DNA of 62,329 nucleotides, the filler included, from Stramenopiles sp. TOSAG23-2 (Eukaryota), in assembly GCA_900128395.1 (NCBI GenBank). It is 5 parts of 5 records of this genome, joined end to end, with 100 filler letters (N's around TTAATTAATTAA, not from the genome) between each part and the next. Parts side by side here need not be neighbours in the genome. Positions count along the whole stretch, not along the records: positions 12,510 to 24,916 come from LT649857.1; positions 25,017 to 37,396 come from LT649859.1; 3 more parts are not named here. One strand, 5' to 3'. The position numbers were made by a program, and so were the translations under genes. Position 1 is the stretch's first letter. Every line of letters starts with the position of its first letter. Shown in pieces: positions 21,668-32,352 of the stretch. The notes below the pieces were generated by a model. That model searched no databases, was not told the origin of the DNA, and worked only from the letters and a program-made list of their open reading frames with translations.

Positions 21668-22904
21668 TTTTTTTTTAATTCTTTTACTTGATATTACAGT
21701 ATTTTACGTTTTGTTATTACTGTTTATTTATATATGTATATGCGATAAATCGTTTATTCACTGTGTGTATATATATATATATATATACTGTTAATTTGTA
21801 AATTTATTTATCTACTATATAAAGTATATTTTATATTATTTTTCTTATTTAAAATGGTTGTTTTTCTTATATAATAATAATTAATATAAATCAAATTATA
21901 ATATAATAATTATTTTTTTTTCGTATGATATTTTTTTATACACAATACTAGATATACTATATGTGTATATATATATATATATATACAATACTTAATATAT
22001 GATGAATATAAATGAATACTGATTGAATGAAATAATATGTTCTATTTTCGATGTTTTATTCTACTGATATATATACACACACGTTCCGTATAATCATTTT
22101 TTTATTATTATCTTCTTATTTTAATCATTTTTATCTTATAAACCAGATGCTAATCATTTTTCTTTTAAACTGCAACTACTAAAATTTTAAGGAGGAAGCT
22201 TGTGAAGCTAAAAAAAAAGCTGGGAAGAACACAACAAACTAGTGTTGAGATTTAATTGAAAATAAATGGAAATATAGCAATGTAAAAAAAGGAAGTAGTA
22301 TATATTCACATGTTTATATTGAGGACGACTATGTATACAAAATGCTTCAATCTATATACGAATATAAATACTTAAATCTGCAAATGTTCCTCCTAGGAAA
22401 ATATCCTCTCTCGGAAATTTAAAAATAAAAACGTCATTTTCATAAATTAAGGAACTGAATTCTATGTACCGAAAAAAAAGAAACCCTCCTGCCGATCATT
22501 GAACATATTTATCATAGCACTAAATAACTAAAAGAGCTGGCATTCGACCAATCGCTATCGACGACAGACTTTTTTTTTCACGAAAAAATATCTTTTTTGT
22601 TGTGCATAATTTTTTTTTCTAAATCTCCACACACATATTAATAGGCACATAGGAAATTTAAAAACGTTTAATATAAGAAACCATTACTAAATAGTCTAGA
22701 CATCAACATTCAACACACATATCTTCTAGCAAATATACAAATATGACAACAAAGAAGAATACTATATATGCCTATCTATAATAACCAAGATATATACAAT
22801 CCATATATATAAAGACAAATCAAACAAAAAATATACTGAAAAGTAAAACATTCCTCAAAAATACAAATACAAATACGCCCCAACAAACAAAACTATACTA
22901 CATA

Positions 22905-24590
22905 ATGTCGGTTTTATCTGAAATATATTCACCTACATTTCATCATCGTCGAACCAAAAAAACTCATATGACAAAAGTTAGATTAGCTCTAAGTCGCGTT
23001 GCAGTACAATATCGTAAAAAAAACAACAAACGCCATCAAGAAAATGTACGTAAAAATTTAAAAGTTGTACAAGATTTTATTATCAATACACCAAAATCAA
23101 AACCATTGGTGTTAGGTATAAATACACACGATTTAGTACAAGATGAAGCACAAGAAGAACATGATTTAGCCATTTTACATTTACGTTCACCAATGTTAAA
23201 TGGTTCAAATCGTAGAACTACTACCAAAGATGATGATGATGACAACGACGACGACAACGGCGAGGAACGCGATATGGCAGTACTAGATAGTTATCAACTC
23301 TTGATGCCTAGATATTCATTCAATGGTAATGAACGAAAACAACATTTTTTTCTAGATGTAATGGATTCTACTAATACGACTGATGTGGAAAGCAAATCAA
23401 AAGAAGAAGAAGAAGAAGAAGAGGTACATGATGCATGTCATGACGAGACAAAATACAATGATAATAATAATGATGATAATAATCGCAAATCGAAAAAAAA
23501 AGAAGAGGTACATGATGCATGTCATGACGAGACAAAATACAATGATAAGGATGATAATAATAATCAAAGAAGAAGAAGGAAAAAAAACAAAAAATCAACA
23601 ATATCAAAACAAAATCATCTACAATTTACATTGAATTATAAACCAGAAATTTCATTAGTAAACGAAAATGATCATCATCTGCCAGAAAATAACTTTTGGA
23701 ATACTACAATAAAAAAACAACATTTTAAAAACAACGGAAAAAAAAAAAAGAAGAAAATAAATCAATTATTATCATCATTTAATAATTTAACAATTGATAC
23801 ATCGATTAATATTAATTTAGATGAAGAACGATTTTTTAAAGAAGCAAATAGATTTAATACAAGATTAAGACCTCAAAAATTAGATTTTGGCTATGTTGAA
23901 ACATTTATTCAACAATTTGTAGAAGATGATAATGAAAAATGTGAACAATTATCAAATGAAATTTTAAATGAAATTAGTAATAGAAGTAGTAGTAATAGTA
24001 GTAATAGTAGTAGTAGTAATACTAGTAGTCGAAGTTCTACTACTACTACTAGTACTAATAATATTTCGCAACAATTTATTGAGTCAAAAATTGATGAAAA
24101 AGAACAAAGTGATTTATTACTACATGAAGAAGAAAACAGATCAAATGATGACGAAGAAGAAGAAGATGTTATTATTATTGTCGATGAAATGGAAGATATC
24201 AATTATGATTACTTGCATGGAGAAGATGAAGCTTATCCTGGACAAAGAGAATTATTTGAAGAGATGCGTTTAATGGAAATACGTAGAATTCAACAAGAAA
24301 AAGAAATTCAACGTTTGATCATGAATGCAAAACGACATGCAGAAAATGAAGTGAAAAATATTTGTCTATATTTGCAAAACCAATTACAAGCAACACAATT
24401 AGCTTTGGAAGAAGCTGAAAGACAACGTGCTGAATTATTAGCACGAAGTATAAATAAGAAAAACAAGAAAAAGAAAAAAAAACGTGAACCACCATGGTTA
24501 CGTCTATATAAAGAAAGTGAAAAAAGAATGAATCGTTCTAAACAACGTTCAAAAATAATCAAAAGAGCATCTAGCCATCATACACCGTAA
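22905..24590 (+). CDS. Low-complexity hypothetical protein with C-terminal coiled coil
   Basis: 561-aa ORF with homopolymer runs and an in-frame internal repeat (EEVHDACHDETKYND x2, 84-bp period). Confidence 0.65.
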   Translation: MSVLSEIYSPTFHHRRTKKTHMTKVRLALSRVAVQYRKKNNKRHQENVRKNLKVVQDFIINTPKSKPLVLGINTHDLVQDEAQEEHDLAILHLRSPMLNGSNRRTTTKDDDDDNDDDNGEERDMAVLDSYQLLMPRYSFNGNERKQHFFLDVMDSTNTTDVESKSKEEEEEEEVHDACHDETKYNDNNNDDNNRKSKKKEEVHDACHDETKYNDKDDNNNQRRRRKKNKKSTISKQNHLQFTLNYKPEISLVNENDHHLPENNFWNTTIKKQHFKNNGKKKKKKINQLLSSFNNLTIDTSININLDEERFFKEANRFNTRLRPQKLDFGYVETFIQQFVEDDNEKCEQLSNEILNEISNRSSSNSSNSSSSNTSSRSSTTTTSTNNISQQFIESKIDEKEQSDLLLHEEENRSNDDEEEEDVIIIVDEMEDINYDYLHGEDEAYPGQRELFEEMRLMEIRRIQQEKEIQRLIMNAKRHAENEVKNICLYLQNQLQATQLALEEAERQRAELLARSINKKNKKKKKKREPPWLRLYKESEKRMNRSKQRSKIIKRASSHHTP

Positions 24591-24794
24591 TAATATTTTA
24601 ATAATATTTAATCACACATGTATGATATGATACATCTCACATTACTATATGCAAAAGAAAGTGAAAAAAGAATGAATCGTTCTAAACAACGTTCAAAAAT
24701 AATCAAAAAAGCATCTAGCCATCATACACCGTAATAATATTTAATAATATTTAATCACACATGTATGATATGATACATCTCACATACTATATGC
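24510..24794 (+). repeat. ~144-bp near-identical tandem duplication spanning the stop codon
   Basis: The copies differ by one substitution (aaaagagcat vs aaaaaagcat) and a 1-nt indel. Confidence 0.9.
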
Positions 24795-24916
24795 ATTAGT
24801 ATATAATTAAAAATGCATAAACTCCTTATTTTTACATCAGTAAATATATTAATACTTCGTATATATATATGGGGAATTCAAAACCACCAAACTTTGGAAA
24901 ACCTATGGACTATTCA

Positions 24917-25016
24917 NNNNNNNNNNNNNNNNNNNNNNNNNNNNNNNNNNNNNNNNNNNNTTAATTAATTAANNNNNNNNNNNNNNNNNNNNNNNNNNNN
25001 NNNNNNNNNNNNNNNN
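24917..25016. other. Artificial contig linker
   Basis: 44N-TTAATTAATTAA-44N. Confidence 0.99.
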
Positions 25017-25017
25017 T

Positions 25018-25524
25018 AGATTAAGCCAGAATAACATGGCTCAAGGACTGTGGATAGATGATCCCATTTCACCTGGGCACAATGTCGCTATAAGCACATT
25101 TAATGCGCGTGGCGTTTTAAATACTTTTCGTGATGCATTTTTATCCTGCGTACGACACGAAGTTTCTGAACATTGCCCGACCATTTTGAGCACTGTAATT
25201 CGTTCATCTCCATGGCTTGAACACTCGTTACATTATGCTAAAAATTGTAAACAAGAAATGTGGGACAGTCGCCGTCGCGCATCACCAGAAGATTATGAAC
25301 TTGCTGCCGAGGAAATAAGACAAGAAATACGAAAGCTATCGCTTGAAAAACAACGAATATCAGCAAAGAAAGAAAAGATGAAGAGAAAAATGGCTAGGAA
25401 CGTGAACGATGATATGGTCGGTAAATTGAATTATAATCAAACAAAATCGCCTACTCGAGCTGGTATTAATATTAATAAAAAGGGGAATGTTACCATAGGG
25501 AAAAGTAAAAACAAAAAAAACTGA
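25018..25524 (+). CDS. 5'-partial gene: C-terminal end of a Trf4/Cid1-type PAP-associated (non-canonical poly(A)/U polymerase) domain
   Basis: The frame is open to the contig edge. LWIDDPISPGHNVAISTFNARGVLNTFRDAF resembles the L.IEDP..P.N.V..S.F....V...F..A motif. Confidence 0.65.
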   Translation, partial: RLSQNNMAQGLWIDDPISPGHNVAISTFNARGVLNTFRDAFLSCVRHEVSEHCPTILSTVIRSSPWLEHSLHYAKNCKQEMWDSRRRASPEDYELAAEEIRQEIRKLSLEKQRISAKKEKMKRKMARNVNDDMVGKLNYNQTKSPTRAGININKKGNVTIGKSKNKKN

Positions 25525-28500
25525 TAATAATGATAACGAAGAGGAAAAAGAACAGAAAGATGGTGAGAATGATAAAGATGATGAAGAGGAAGAAGAAGAA
25601 GATCCTGTAAAGACAAAAGAAGAATTGATGGAAAAATATTTAATGATGGCCTTTTTAACAATGGAATATATACCAAAATCAATTAAAGATGATCGAAAGG
25701 AAATTATTGAAGTTACATTAAAACATGGAAATATCGATGAAGTGTTGGGAAATAAAATTCGCAGTATGCCATTTAATTCTAGCGATCATATACCAGAATC
25801 CGTACGTAAAGATCGAGAAAATGGATTGAAGCTTTTGACTAAATATGGAAATGTTTTAGAGCAAATGGCCAAAGAAGCTATTGCTGGTGGTATGTCCTTA
25901 TTATCCGCCCCACCAATTAAAACATTAGTAAAAGTTCAATCTAGAAGGTATGAAAACGAAAATTTTATCCCAATCGCAGTACAACAAGATCGTCGATCAT
26001 TTTTATCATTTTTGTTTGAAGAAGGAGATGCAAGTTTCAATCGTGTTAAAGAAGCTTTGGAATTGCCATATAGTGCACAGAATGATATCCCAACCGCAAT
26101 TCAAAAGGATAGGCTTGCAACGGTTGAACATATGTTTGGGAAAATTGATTTAGAAAACAATAAAATTCTTAGTGCTCCAATTGAAATTGTTGAAAATGCT
26201 GTTAGCCAAGAAAAAGAAGAGGAAGAAAGAGGAAAAGAAGCGAAAGTGGTAGAGGAAGAAGGAGAATTTGAAGATAAATCGCATGAATTAGTACTTGAGC
26301 CACCGTCTATTGAATTGACATCTACTGTTAACCAACATCCATTTGATGGAGATAATAATATACCATCAGAAGTAAAACAAGATAGACAAACATTATTATC
26401 GAAAATATACGATTCGAAACAACATACAATTAAGTCACTGGTTTCAATAGTTACTGATCGTTTCGATGGCGGTGTAGATGTACCAGAGATGGTTAACGAG
26501 GATCGCATCAAATGCTTAAGCATTCTATATAGCGAAGATATTTCACACTTGGTACAGGTACAATCACAACCATTTGGTGGGATGGCGAAGGCTCCTGCAG
26601 TGGTCCTACGTGATAGACAAAAAACGGTGCAAATGATACTTGAAGATGATGATTTTGACGATGACGACTACAATCGTATCATAGCCATGCCATTTGATCA
26701 GAAAAAACAAGTGCCAGAGAGTATTGTACAAGATAGAATGAAAACGATACATATTTTAATGAAACGATATGATTTAACGCCAGAGGAGATACGTGAGGAA
26801 GAATTAGAACATGCTCGAAAAGTGGCACAAAAACAATTGGAACAGTTGCCATTTTCAGGCTTAGTTGAATTACCGGCTAGTGTTACGGACGATAGAGAGG
26901 AGTCGCTTGAAATAATTTATAATGTACAAGAATACTCAGAGCAGCAAATAAGACATTTAGTGTTAGCATCTCCATATGCTGGTTCGACATTTATACCAGA
27001 GGCTATACTTACAGATCGCCACGCTCGTTTAGCATTGTTATTGCGGAATCCAGAGAATTTGCTACCCCGTTCGCCACCGAGCCAGGTTGCCCCTCAGTCT
27101 GTACAGCAACAGGTGCATCAACAATCGCCACAAATAGTACATCAACAGCAAGTGCAGCAACCACATCACCATCATCCCAACCATCCTGCACCTCAACTAG
27201 CATCACCGCCACAAAATAATCAACAAGAATTTCAACATTCGTCACCACAAGCATTTCCGGAGCAACAAGTTTCTCCACAACAACATCAACAGCCGAAACA
27301 TCATCACCCAAACCATCAAGCACCACAACTTGCCCCAACAATTGAGGAGCCAACTACCCAGGCTGAATTAGAGAAAGTCAATGCGTTACTATCGGCGCCA
27401 TATGCTGGCTCGCCAATCATACCTGACGCGGTTCTTCAAGACCGACAAGAATCATTGCGCATAATAATGGGTGACAGCGATCTGGAAGTTGAGGCATTAA
27501 TTGAGATCATTCTTAAAAAGCCGTATAATGGTTCTGATCGAATTCCACAGTCAATTTTAAAAGATCGCAATGAACAGTTGGAAATATTACTCAATGAGGA
27601 TGGTGATGCAGATAAAGATTTACAAGAAAATGTTACAAAGGAAGAGGATACAAATGTATCGGCGCCACCACCACCACCACCACCATCACCTCCTCCGACA
27701 AATGTCCATGAGATGTTGCAACAACAGCAAGAACAACAAAAGGAAGAAGAACGAAATGTCAAAATAAATCAAGAAACAATTATCGAAGAAAAAAAGGAGA
27801 AAAAAACAACAGAAATGTTTGCGAGTGATAGAATAAGTAATATGAAAAAGGTTCTTTATCAAAGTAAACCTTTGAAGATGACACCAGCATCAATTAATGA
27901 GGATCGAAAAGCCGTAATATCTATTGTTATGAGCCACAAAGGGAATAATATGAAAGAACTTGTAACTTTAGTCAAAGAAATTAAATATGCAAATTCACCA
28001 TATATACCCGAGGACGTTATGACATTTCGAAAAGATCTTTTAGAAGCTTTTCACGGAAGCGCTTTAGATAATATTGATTTTAGTAGCAAAGCTCCTCAAC
28101 AACATCATCACCCAAATTATCAAACACCGAAATTAGTGCCAGAAACAGTATCTACCCCAAAAGATGAAAAAAGAAATGCATTGTTAAAATTGGAGAAAGA
28201 AATAATGGGATTAAAATATGCAGATGATGATAAAGTACCAGATACGGTCACTACAGATAGAAACTTGGTGTTTAGCAAAGTGAAGGAAATGGTTGATTTA
28301 GACCAATTAGTAACTGGTACAGTCGATGATGAAACAGTAAATAAAGTGGCTAAAGTTGTTTTAACTGAGCTTGACTTTCAACAAATACCAGCTTCTGATG
28401 CACCTGATGATGTCCATGATGATAGAATGAAAGTTTTAAAAGTTCTTTTTCCAGGTGTATCAATAAATTTAGATGGAGATCATGAAGATAACGATAATAA

Positions 28501-28621
28501 GGATGCAGAAGTGTCAGACAATGCAATTGAAGATCGTATGGCCAAAGCAGAGCGGTTATTAGCACTAAAAGAACAAGCATTTAAAGATTTAGAAAGAAGT
28601 ACACTTGAAGGGTTGTTATGA
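25520..28621 (+). CDS. Repeat protein with ~16 P[FY]x5[IV]Pxx[IV]xxDR units; probably the continuation of the upstream ORF
   Basis: 998-aa ORF whose frame stays open upstream to 25499, overlapping the stop of the previous ORF. The repeats are visible in the translation. Confidence 0.85.
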   Translation, partial: TDNNDNEEEKEQKDGENDKDDEEEEEEDPVKTKEELMEKYLMMAFLTMEYIPKSIKDDRKEIIEVTLKHGNIDEVLGNKIRSMPFNSSDHIPESVRKDRENGLKLLTKYGNVLEQMAKEAIAGGMSLLSAPPIKTLVKVQSRRYENENFIPIAVQQDRRSFLSFLFEEGDASFNRVKEALELPYSAQNDIPTAIQKDRLATVEHMFGKIDLENNKILSAPIEIVENAVSQEKEEEERGKEAKVVEEEGEFEDKSHELVLEPPSIELTSTVNQHPFDGDNNIPSEVKQDRQTLLSKIYDSKQHTIKSLVSIVTDRFDGGVDVPEMVNEDRIKCLSILYSEDISHLVQVQSQPFGGMAKAPAVVLRDRQKTVQMILEDDDFDDDDYNRIIAMPFDQKKQVPESIVQDRMKTIHILMKRYDLTPEEIREEELEHARKVAQKQLEQLPFSGLVELPASVTDDREESLEIIYNVQEYSEQQIRHLVLASPYAGSTFIPEAILTDRHARLALLLRNPENLLPRSPPSQVAPQSVQQQVHQQSPQIVHQQQVQQPHHHHPNHPAPQLASPPQNNQQEFQHSSPQAFPEQQVSPQQHQQPKHHHPNHQAPQLAPTIEEPTTQAELEKVNALLSAPYAGSPIIPDAVLQDRQESLRIIMGDSDLEVEALIEIILKKPYNGSDRIPQSILKDRNEQLEILLNEDGDADKDLQENVTKEEDTNVSAPPPPPPPSPPPTNVHEMLQQQQEQQKEEERNVKINQETIIEEKKEKKTTEMFASDRISNMKKVLYQSKPLKMTPASINEDRKAVISIVMSHKGNNMKELVTLVKEIKYANSPYIPEDVMTFRKDLLEAFHGSALDNIDFSSKAPQQHHHPNYQTPKLVPETVSTPKDEKRNALLKLEKEIMGLKYADDDKVPDTVTTDRNLVFSKVKEMVDLDQLVTGTVDDETVNKVAKVVLTELDFQQIPASDAPDDVHDDRMKVLKVLFPGVSINLDGDHEDNDNKDAEVSDNAIEDRMAKAERLLALKEQAFKDLERSTLEGLL

Positions 28622-28837
28622 TACGCATATTTTAAAAAAGTTCGTCTGATACGAGTCTAATTTAATTTTATTTATATAAATATTTGACTATTGATTAAAA
28701 ATAAATTATACTCGTATTATCCCATAATATATATACTCGTCGTACGTATGTTTTTGCGGTTCGTAAAATTATATGCATGTTTTCAAATAAATGCACCACA
28801 TGTACTCGTATATTTTAAAAATACACTCCAAAATCTC

Positions 28838-30619
28838 TCACTTCCAATCTGGTTTTCTACTTTTCTTTTTGGATGGCCTTGCTTTACGTGCAAGAGCCAT
28901 GCTTTTTGCTATTCGTTTTATATAAGCAGGTGCATCATTTGTTTTTGGATGAAATGTACATTCGGCAAACTGCTTTCTCTCTTGCTCTTGCGCTGCTTTT
29001 CTTCTTTTATCACTAAATATTTCTTGTTCTTTTTGAACACGTTCAAGGTATGATTCTGGGTTGGAAACTACTCTTAATTTACCTTTTGCATTGCTAGGAT
29101 TTAAACGTGGCTGGAACGTTAGGCCCTCCAATTCATCTTGCTCCGCTTTCAATTTCATCAAACGAGCAGCCGTTTCCCGTTTTAACGAATCCCCACGACT
29201 CAACTCGGTAACGCTTCTAGGTCTCCTCGCTCTTGAACTTGCAAGGATATTTGGAGTAAACGTACAATCTGGTTCTTTAGCTAAAATTGCTTTTTTACGT
29301 AAATTGTCATGTTCTTTTCTCAAAGCATCTTTTGCCAGTCGTGTCATGAAATCGCCATTTGTCGTTTTTGCAGCTAACTTCAACGATCGTTTACAAAGCG
29401 CAGGTTGGTGCGATGGTGTTGCTTCCTGTTTTAATCTCGCTACATTTTTTGATTTTCTAGTTTGACGTTTATTTTGCCTTGCTAAGAAATTCTGAAATTG
29501 TGCACGGTTCAATTTCATTTCCCCTGGTCGGCTACGTCGAGCTGATTGTGGTCTTCGATTGTTTCCACCACCATTTGCATTCAATGACGACATAAATGAA
29601 TCCATATTCATAACTGGTTTTGCTTTCGACTTGATCTCGTTATCAGAATCATAGCCATCTTTGTCTTTATTGACTTTACCCCTCGCAGCACGTGGAGTAC
29701 TCAAGCGGTCATGCACATTGTTTTGTAAATACAGTTGCGCACTACCAAATTTTCTAGGCACATTATTTACTTTAGGTTTAAATGTACATTCTTCCATACC
29801 ACTAGGTTTTATATCTGATTTACGACTGCGGCCTCTTGGTGTTTGACTTCTTTGATGGAATGATTGGTTGTTTCTGTTTCTGTTGTTGTTGCCAAACTTT
29901 CTTTGTTTCCTTCCGAGATTAGGCTGGAAAGTACAAGTGCGACGAAACTCTTCCTCACGCTTTGCCCTTATATCCTCCTCGTTTACTCTGGACTTTTTTT
30001 TACTGCTGTATAATCTGTCAACAACGTCTTTGTAGTCTCTCCGACCTAAAGATGCTGTTCTTCTAGACGTTTTGTTTATTTTTGGCTGGAACGTGCAATC
30101 GTCCATCTTCGCTTGCTCTTTCCTGTCCCGTTCCCGGCGCAATTGCTGTTCTTTTCTATCCTTCCACCGATTCATTCTGTGATGGAACTCTGGTTTTTCT
30201 TTTCCATTTAGATTATTGTTTGCTGCATAGCCTTTTGGCAACTCCGTTATTTGTGGTTGAAACGTACATTCTTTCATATTTTGCATTTTAATTTCTAACT
30301 CTCTTCGCTCTTGCCTTGACGATGTTGATCCACTACGATCGCGACCTGTACCGCGCACGGGTGTCTCTCTGCTGGCCATGAATTGCTCCATACTGACAGT
30401 TTGCTTTCCACTGCGATTATTATTATTTGTTTGTGGATAGTCCTCTTCGTTATTATTGTTATTATTATAATTATTATCATTATCATCATCATCGTATGAT
30501 GTAATATTTTCTGGCCTTTGTAAAGTTGATAGTTGTTCAAACAAATCATTTTTAGATATTTGCCCAGTTTTCATTTGCGAAACCAATGCAGATATAATGC
30601 TACTTTTATGATCAGCCAT
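28838..30619 (-). CDS. Basic protein with ~8 [ED]CTFxPx[IL] repeats (putative microtubule/basal-body-associated)
   Basis: ECTFQPQI, DCTFQPKI, TCTFQPNL, ECTFKPKV, DCTFTPNI, GLTFQPRL, ECTFHPKT. The function is inferred. Confidence 0.8.
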   Translation of the reverse strand: MADHKSSIISALVSQMKTGQISKNDLFEQLSTLQRPENITSYDDDDNDNNYNNNNNNEEDYPQTNNNNRSGKQTVSMEQFMASRETPVRGTGRDRSGSTSSRQERRELEIKMQNMKECTFQPQITELPKGYAANNNLNGKEKPEFHHRMNRWKDRKEQQLRRERDRKEQAKMDDCTFQPKINKTSRRTASLGRRDYKDVVDRLYSSKKKSRVNEEDIRAKREEEFRRTCTFQPNLGRKQRKFGNNNRNRNNQSFHQRSQTPRGRSRKSDIKPSGMEECTFKPKVNNVPRKFGSAQLYLQNNVHDRLSTPRAARGKVNKDKDGYDSDNEIKSKAKPVMNMDSFMSSLNANGGGNNRRPQSARRSRPGEMKLNRAQFQNFLARQNKRQTRKSKNVARLKQEATPSHQPALCKRSLKLAAKTTNGDFMTRLAKDALRKEHDNLRKKAILAKEPDCTFTPNILASSRARRPRSVTELSRGDSLKRETAARLMKLKAEQDELEGLTFQPRLNPSNAKGKLRVVSNPESYLERVQKEQEIFSDKRRKAAQEQERKQFAECTFHPKTNDAPAYIKRIAKSMALARKARPSKKKSRKPDWK

Positions 30620-31676
30620 GTTGATGTCTTCTGAGTGTGCTTTATCGTGTGTGTTTTTATGTATGCGTATATATAAATATTGTGTTTCAACAAAATATAC
30701 TACACTACAATTATATATTATTTATAGGATAAACTAACCTCAATTACTCTTCAAAAAGAAAATAATGGTTGGAATATTATATATATAATATTAGATATAT
30801 GACTTTTATATTCTATATACCTATGTATGTATGGATATATATATGTATATGTATATGTACACACCAGTCTATCTATATATATATTATATATTTCTCTTTC
30901 TGTTGTTCTACACTACATGTCAAATGTGTGACATCGCCGATTCATCAAATATCCTAAAATTGATTTATTATATATATAAATAACTGTGAAGAACTGCGTA
31001 TAAAATATTGGGCGTGGGCGTTTTAGGGGCCGTGCTATTGCACGCTATTCATACCAAAGACAGTTAGAAATATGTACATAAACTGTGGCTTTTCACCATC
31101 GTACTGTACTAACAATGTATTAGCATTACAAAGCACTAATATATACAGCGGATACCACCATGGTGGTATGCTACGATTTCGTGGGTTTATTGTACTTGTT
31201 AATATACACAAAATAGATAGGAGATATTACAAAAATCTTAAAACAGATTCACCTTATCTACATTTGTGATGACACAAATTATTCTAAATTATAGATTGTA
31301 AAACACAAAGATCGATTGAAGGGAAAGGAGAGCGAAAGATCATCTCTACGCGAACTCCTAAAGTTCGAGATATTTGAAATGAAGAGAATAGTAAAGAGAT
31401 AAATATTATTTCATGTGAGTCTATATCTATATATATATAACACATGGATGTGATTTTAATATTTAACAAAGAATTGAGATGGAGGGAGAGATCGTTCGAT
31501 ACACGATATGTACATTACAAAATATTTCCAAGAGAAAAAAATCACTATAGCCTATTTATATATTTATAAAATATTAATGTACATATATATGTGAATGTAC
31601 TTTTATTTACTGTACTTTAATACAATCGTAAAGACGAAAAAGAAAGCACAACACACATATATATACATCAATCCAT

Positions 31677-32114
31677 TTAACTACGTGGCTTTTCTTTCTT
31701 TTCTTTGTATAGTGCTAATAATGATACACCTGCTACTTTGGCAACTTTGAAACGTACACCAGCAATATCCCCAACACTATGACCACGTCTACCGAAACCA
31801 CTGATAAGTACTTCATCATTCTCATCAATGTAATTTAAGCAACCATCACGAGGTACGAAGGCAGCAATTTTTTTACCATTCTTGATAAGTTGCACACGCA
31901 CACATTTACGGATAGCACTGTTTGGCTGTTTAGCTTCAATACCAATTTTTTCCAATACAATACCTTTAGCCATAGAAGCTCCACCTAGTGGATTTGCTTT
32001 CATAGCAGTTTTAGAGTGAGATTTGGTGTATTTTTTGTTTGCCCATCTGTTATTACGACGGTCAGTGCGCAACTTACGTGCAGCACGAATACCTGCTGGT
32101 TTGCCTTTACCCAT
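31677..32114 (-). CDS. RPS23: 40S ribosomal protein S23 (uS12)
   Basis: [15 protein letters not shown]...[24 protein letters not shown]...KEKPRS. Confidence 0.99.
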   Translation of the reverse strand: MGKGKPAGIRAARKLRTDRRNNRWANKKYTKSHSKTAMKANPLGGASMAKGIVLEKIGIEAKQPNSAIRKCVRVQLIKNGKKIAAFVPRDGCLNYIDENDEVLISGFGRRGHSVGDIAGVRFKVAKVAGVSLLALYKEKKEKPRS

Positions 32115-32135
32115 GTTGTTTCAATATTTAAAGAA

Positions 32136-32352
32136 CTATAATATAATATATAATATAAATAATATATTTTTATTATTTGGATCCAATAGATGAGATATAT
32201 AGATGAGTATCTTTGTGTACATATGTATGTATATTTATTTTATTATGTCCTTGTTGGGATATCCACAATAGCTTTTCGATTGAGTGGACATCACTAGCAT
32301 GATTGAATGGCTATTGCGACATTTTAATGCTATAACCCTGCTAATAACTTAC
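32136..32352 (-). other. Putative 5'-UTR intron of RPS23 containing a structured segment
   Basis: GTAAGT donor at 32352 and TAG acceptor at 32138-32136, 21 nt before the ATG. No clear branch point. Confidence 0.45.
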
